64,000 nt of DNA from Laetmonice hystrix (lineage: Eukaryota): contig OZ249436.1 of assembly GCA_965235115.1 (NCBI GenBank), forward strand, positions 1,862,001-1,926,000, in the 5' to 3' direction. The notes below the pieces were generated by a model. The model ran no database searches. It worked only from the letters and a program-made list of their open reading frames with translations, and was not told where the DNA came from. The translations under genes were made by a program, and so were the position numbers. Below, one piece after another: positions 63,475 through 64,000 of the stretch. Position 1 is the stretch's first letter, and each line of letters opens with the position of its first letter.

Positions 63475-63530
<56 letters not shown>
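63392..63530. repeat. (CT)n microsatellite
   Basis: Direct inspection. Confidence 0.92.
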
Positions 63531-63531
<1 letters not shown>

Positions 63532-64000
63532 CACTTTGTTAATTGTAATTTTTTGGTAAACTTTCAGTTTGCTAATGATAGACCCTATTAGATCATCAAC
63601 TTCGGCTGCAAGCTAAACTCTGACTGATAGTTTTGCATACGGATCAGAGCCAGCCAAATCGACTTCCAACAATTGCCGACATATTCATATTTCATGATTG
63701 TTACCGGCGTGAGGCGTGGAGTGAGCAGTTTTAAAGGCACGCGTTATGTGTGGCCCCCTGACACTATACGATTGTGTAACGTCCCGGCGGCACGGCGTCA
63801 AAACAAATCTACGTCACAACGTCACGTAGGATTTTCCAATTTTACGAGGATAAAGCTTACAAATTACGAAGCGAAACGTATTTTTACCTTAGAATATCCA
63901 GAGAGCTGAGTCAATCTAATGTCAGTTACGTGCATGCGGTTATTGCGTTTGTTGATTACCCTATCATGTCTCTCATCCCCATTTCTCATTCCAGTCTCAG

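Overview
Eukaryotic genomic DNA, probably from an invertebrate animal: intron-rich, with canonical GT-AG splicing and a very high load of minisatellites and non-autonomous transposons. I saw no prokaryotic features or CRISPR array. Two genes could be reconstructed exon by exon on the minus strand: PDIA3/ERp57 (12 coding exons, 492 aa, two WCGHC sites, C-terminal KNEL) and mitochondrial ribosomal protein uS11m/MRPS11 (7 coding exons, 237 aa). A tRNA-Val(AAC) gene lies between them. Further candidates are a 151-aa Cys/Asp-rich protein with an overlapping PTAP/PPSY motif, a 3-exon gene of about 325 aa with no recognisable domain, and a few isolated exons. The most striking observation is that both ends of MRPS11 have been tandemly amplified. 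Its last 22 codons form a 67-bp minisatellite of about 17 copies just past the stop codon, and its ATG/transit-peptide exon is present as three intact 126-bp tandem copies. The rest of the window is tandem repeats, MITEs, Helentron/HINE-like elements, SINE fragments and a spacerless foldback palindrome of about 1 kb. All calls were made by eye; no database searches were run.
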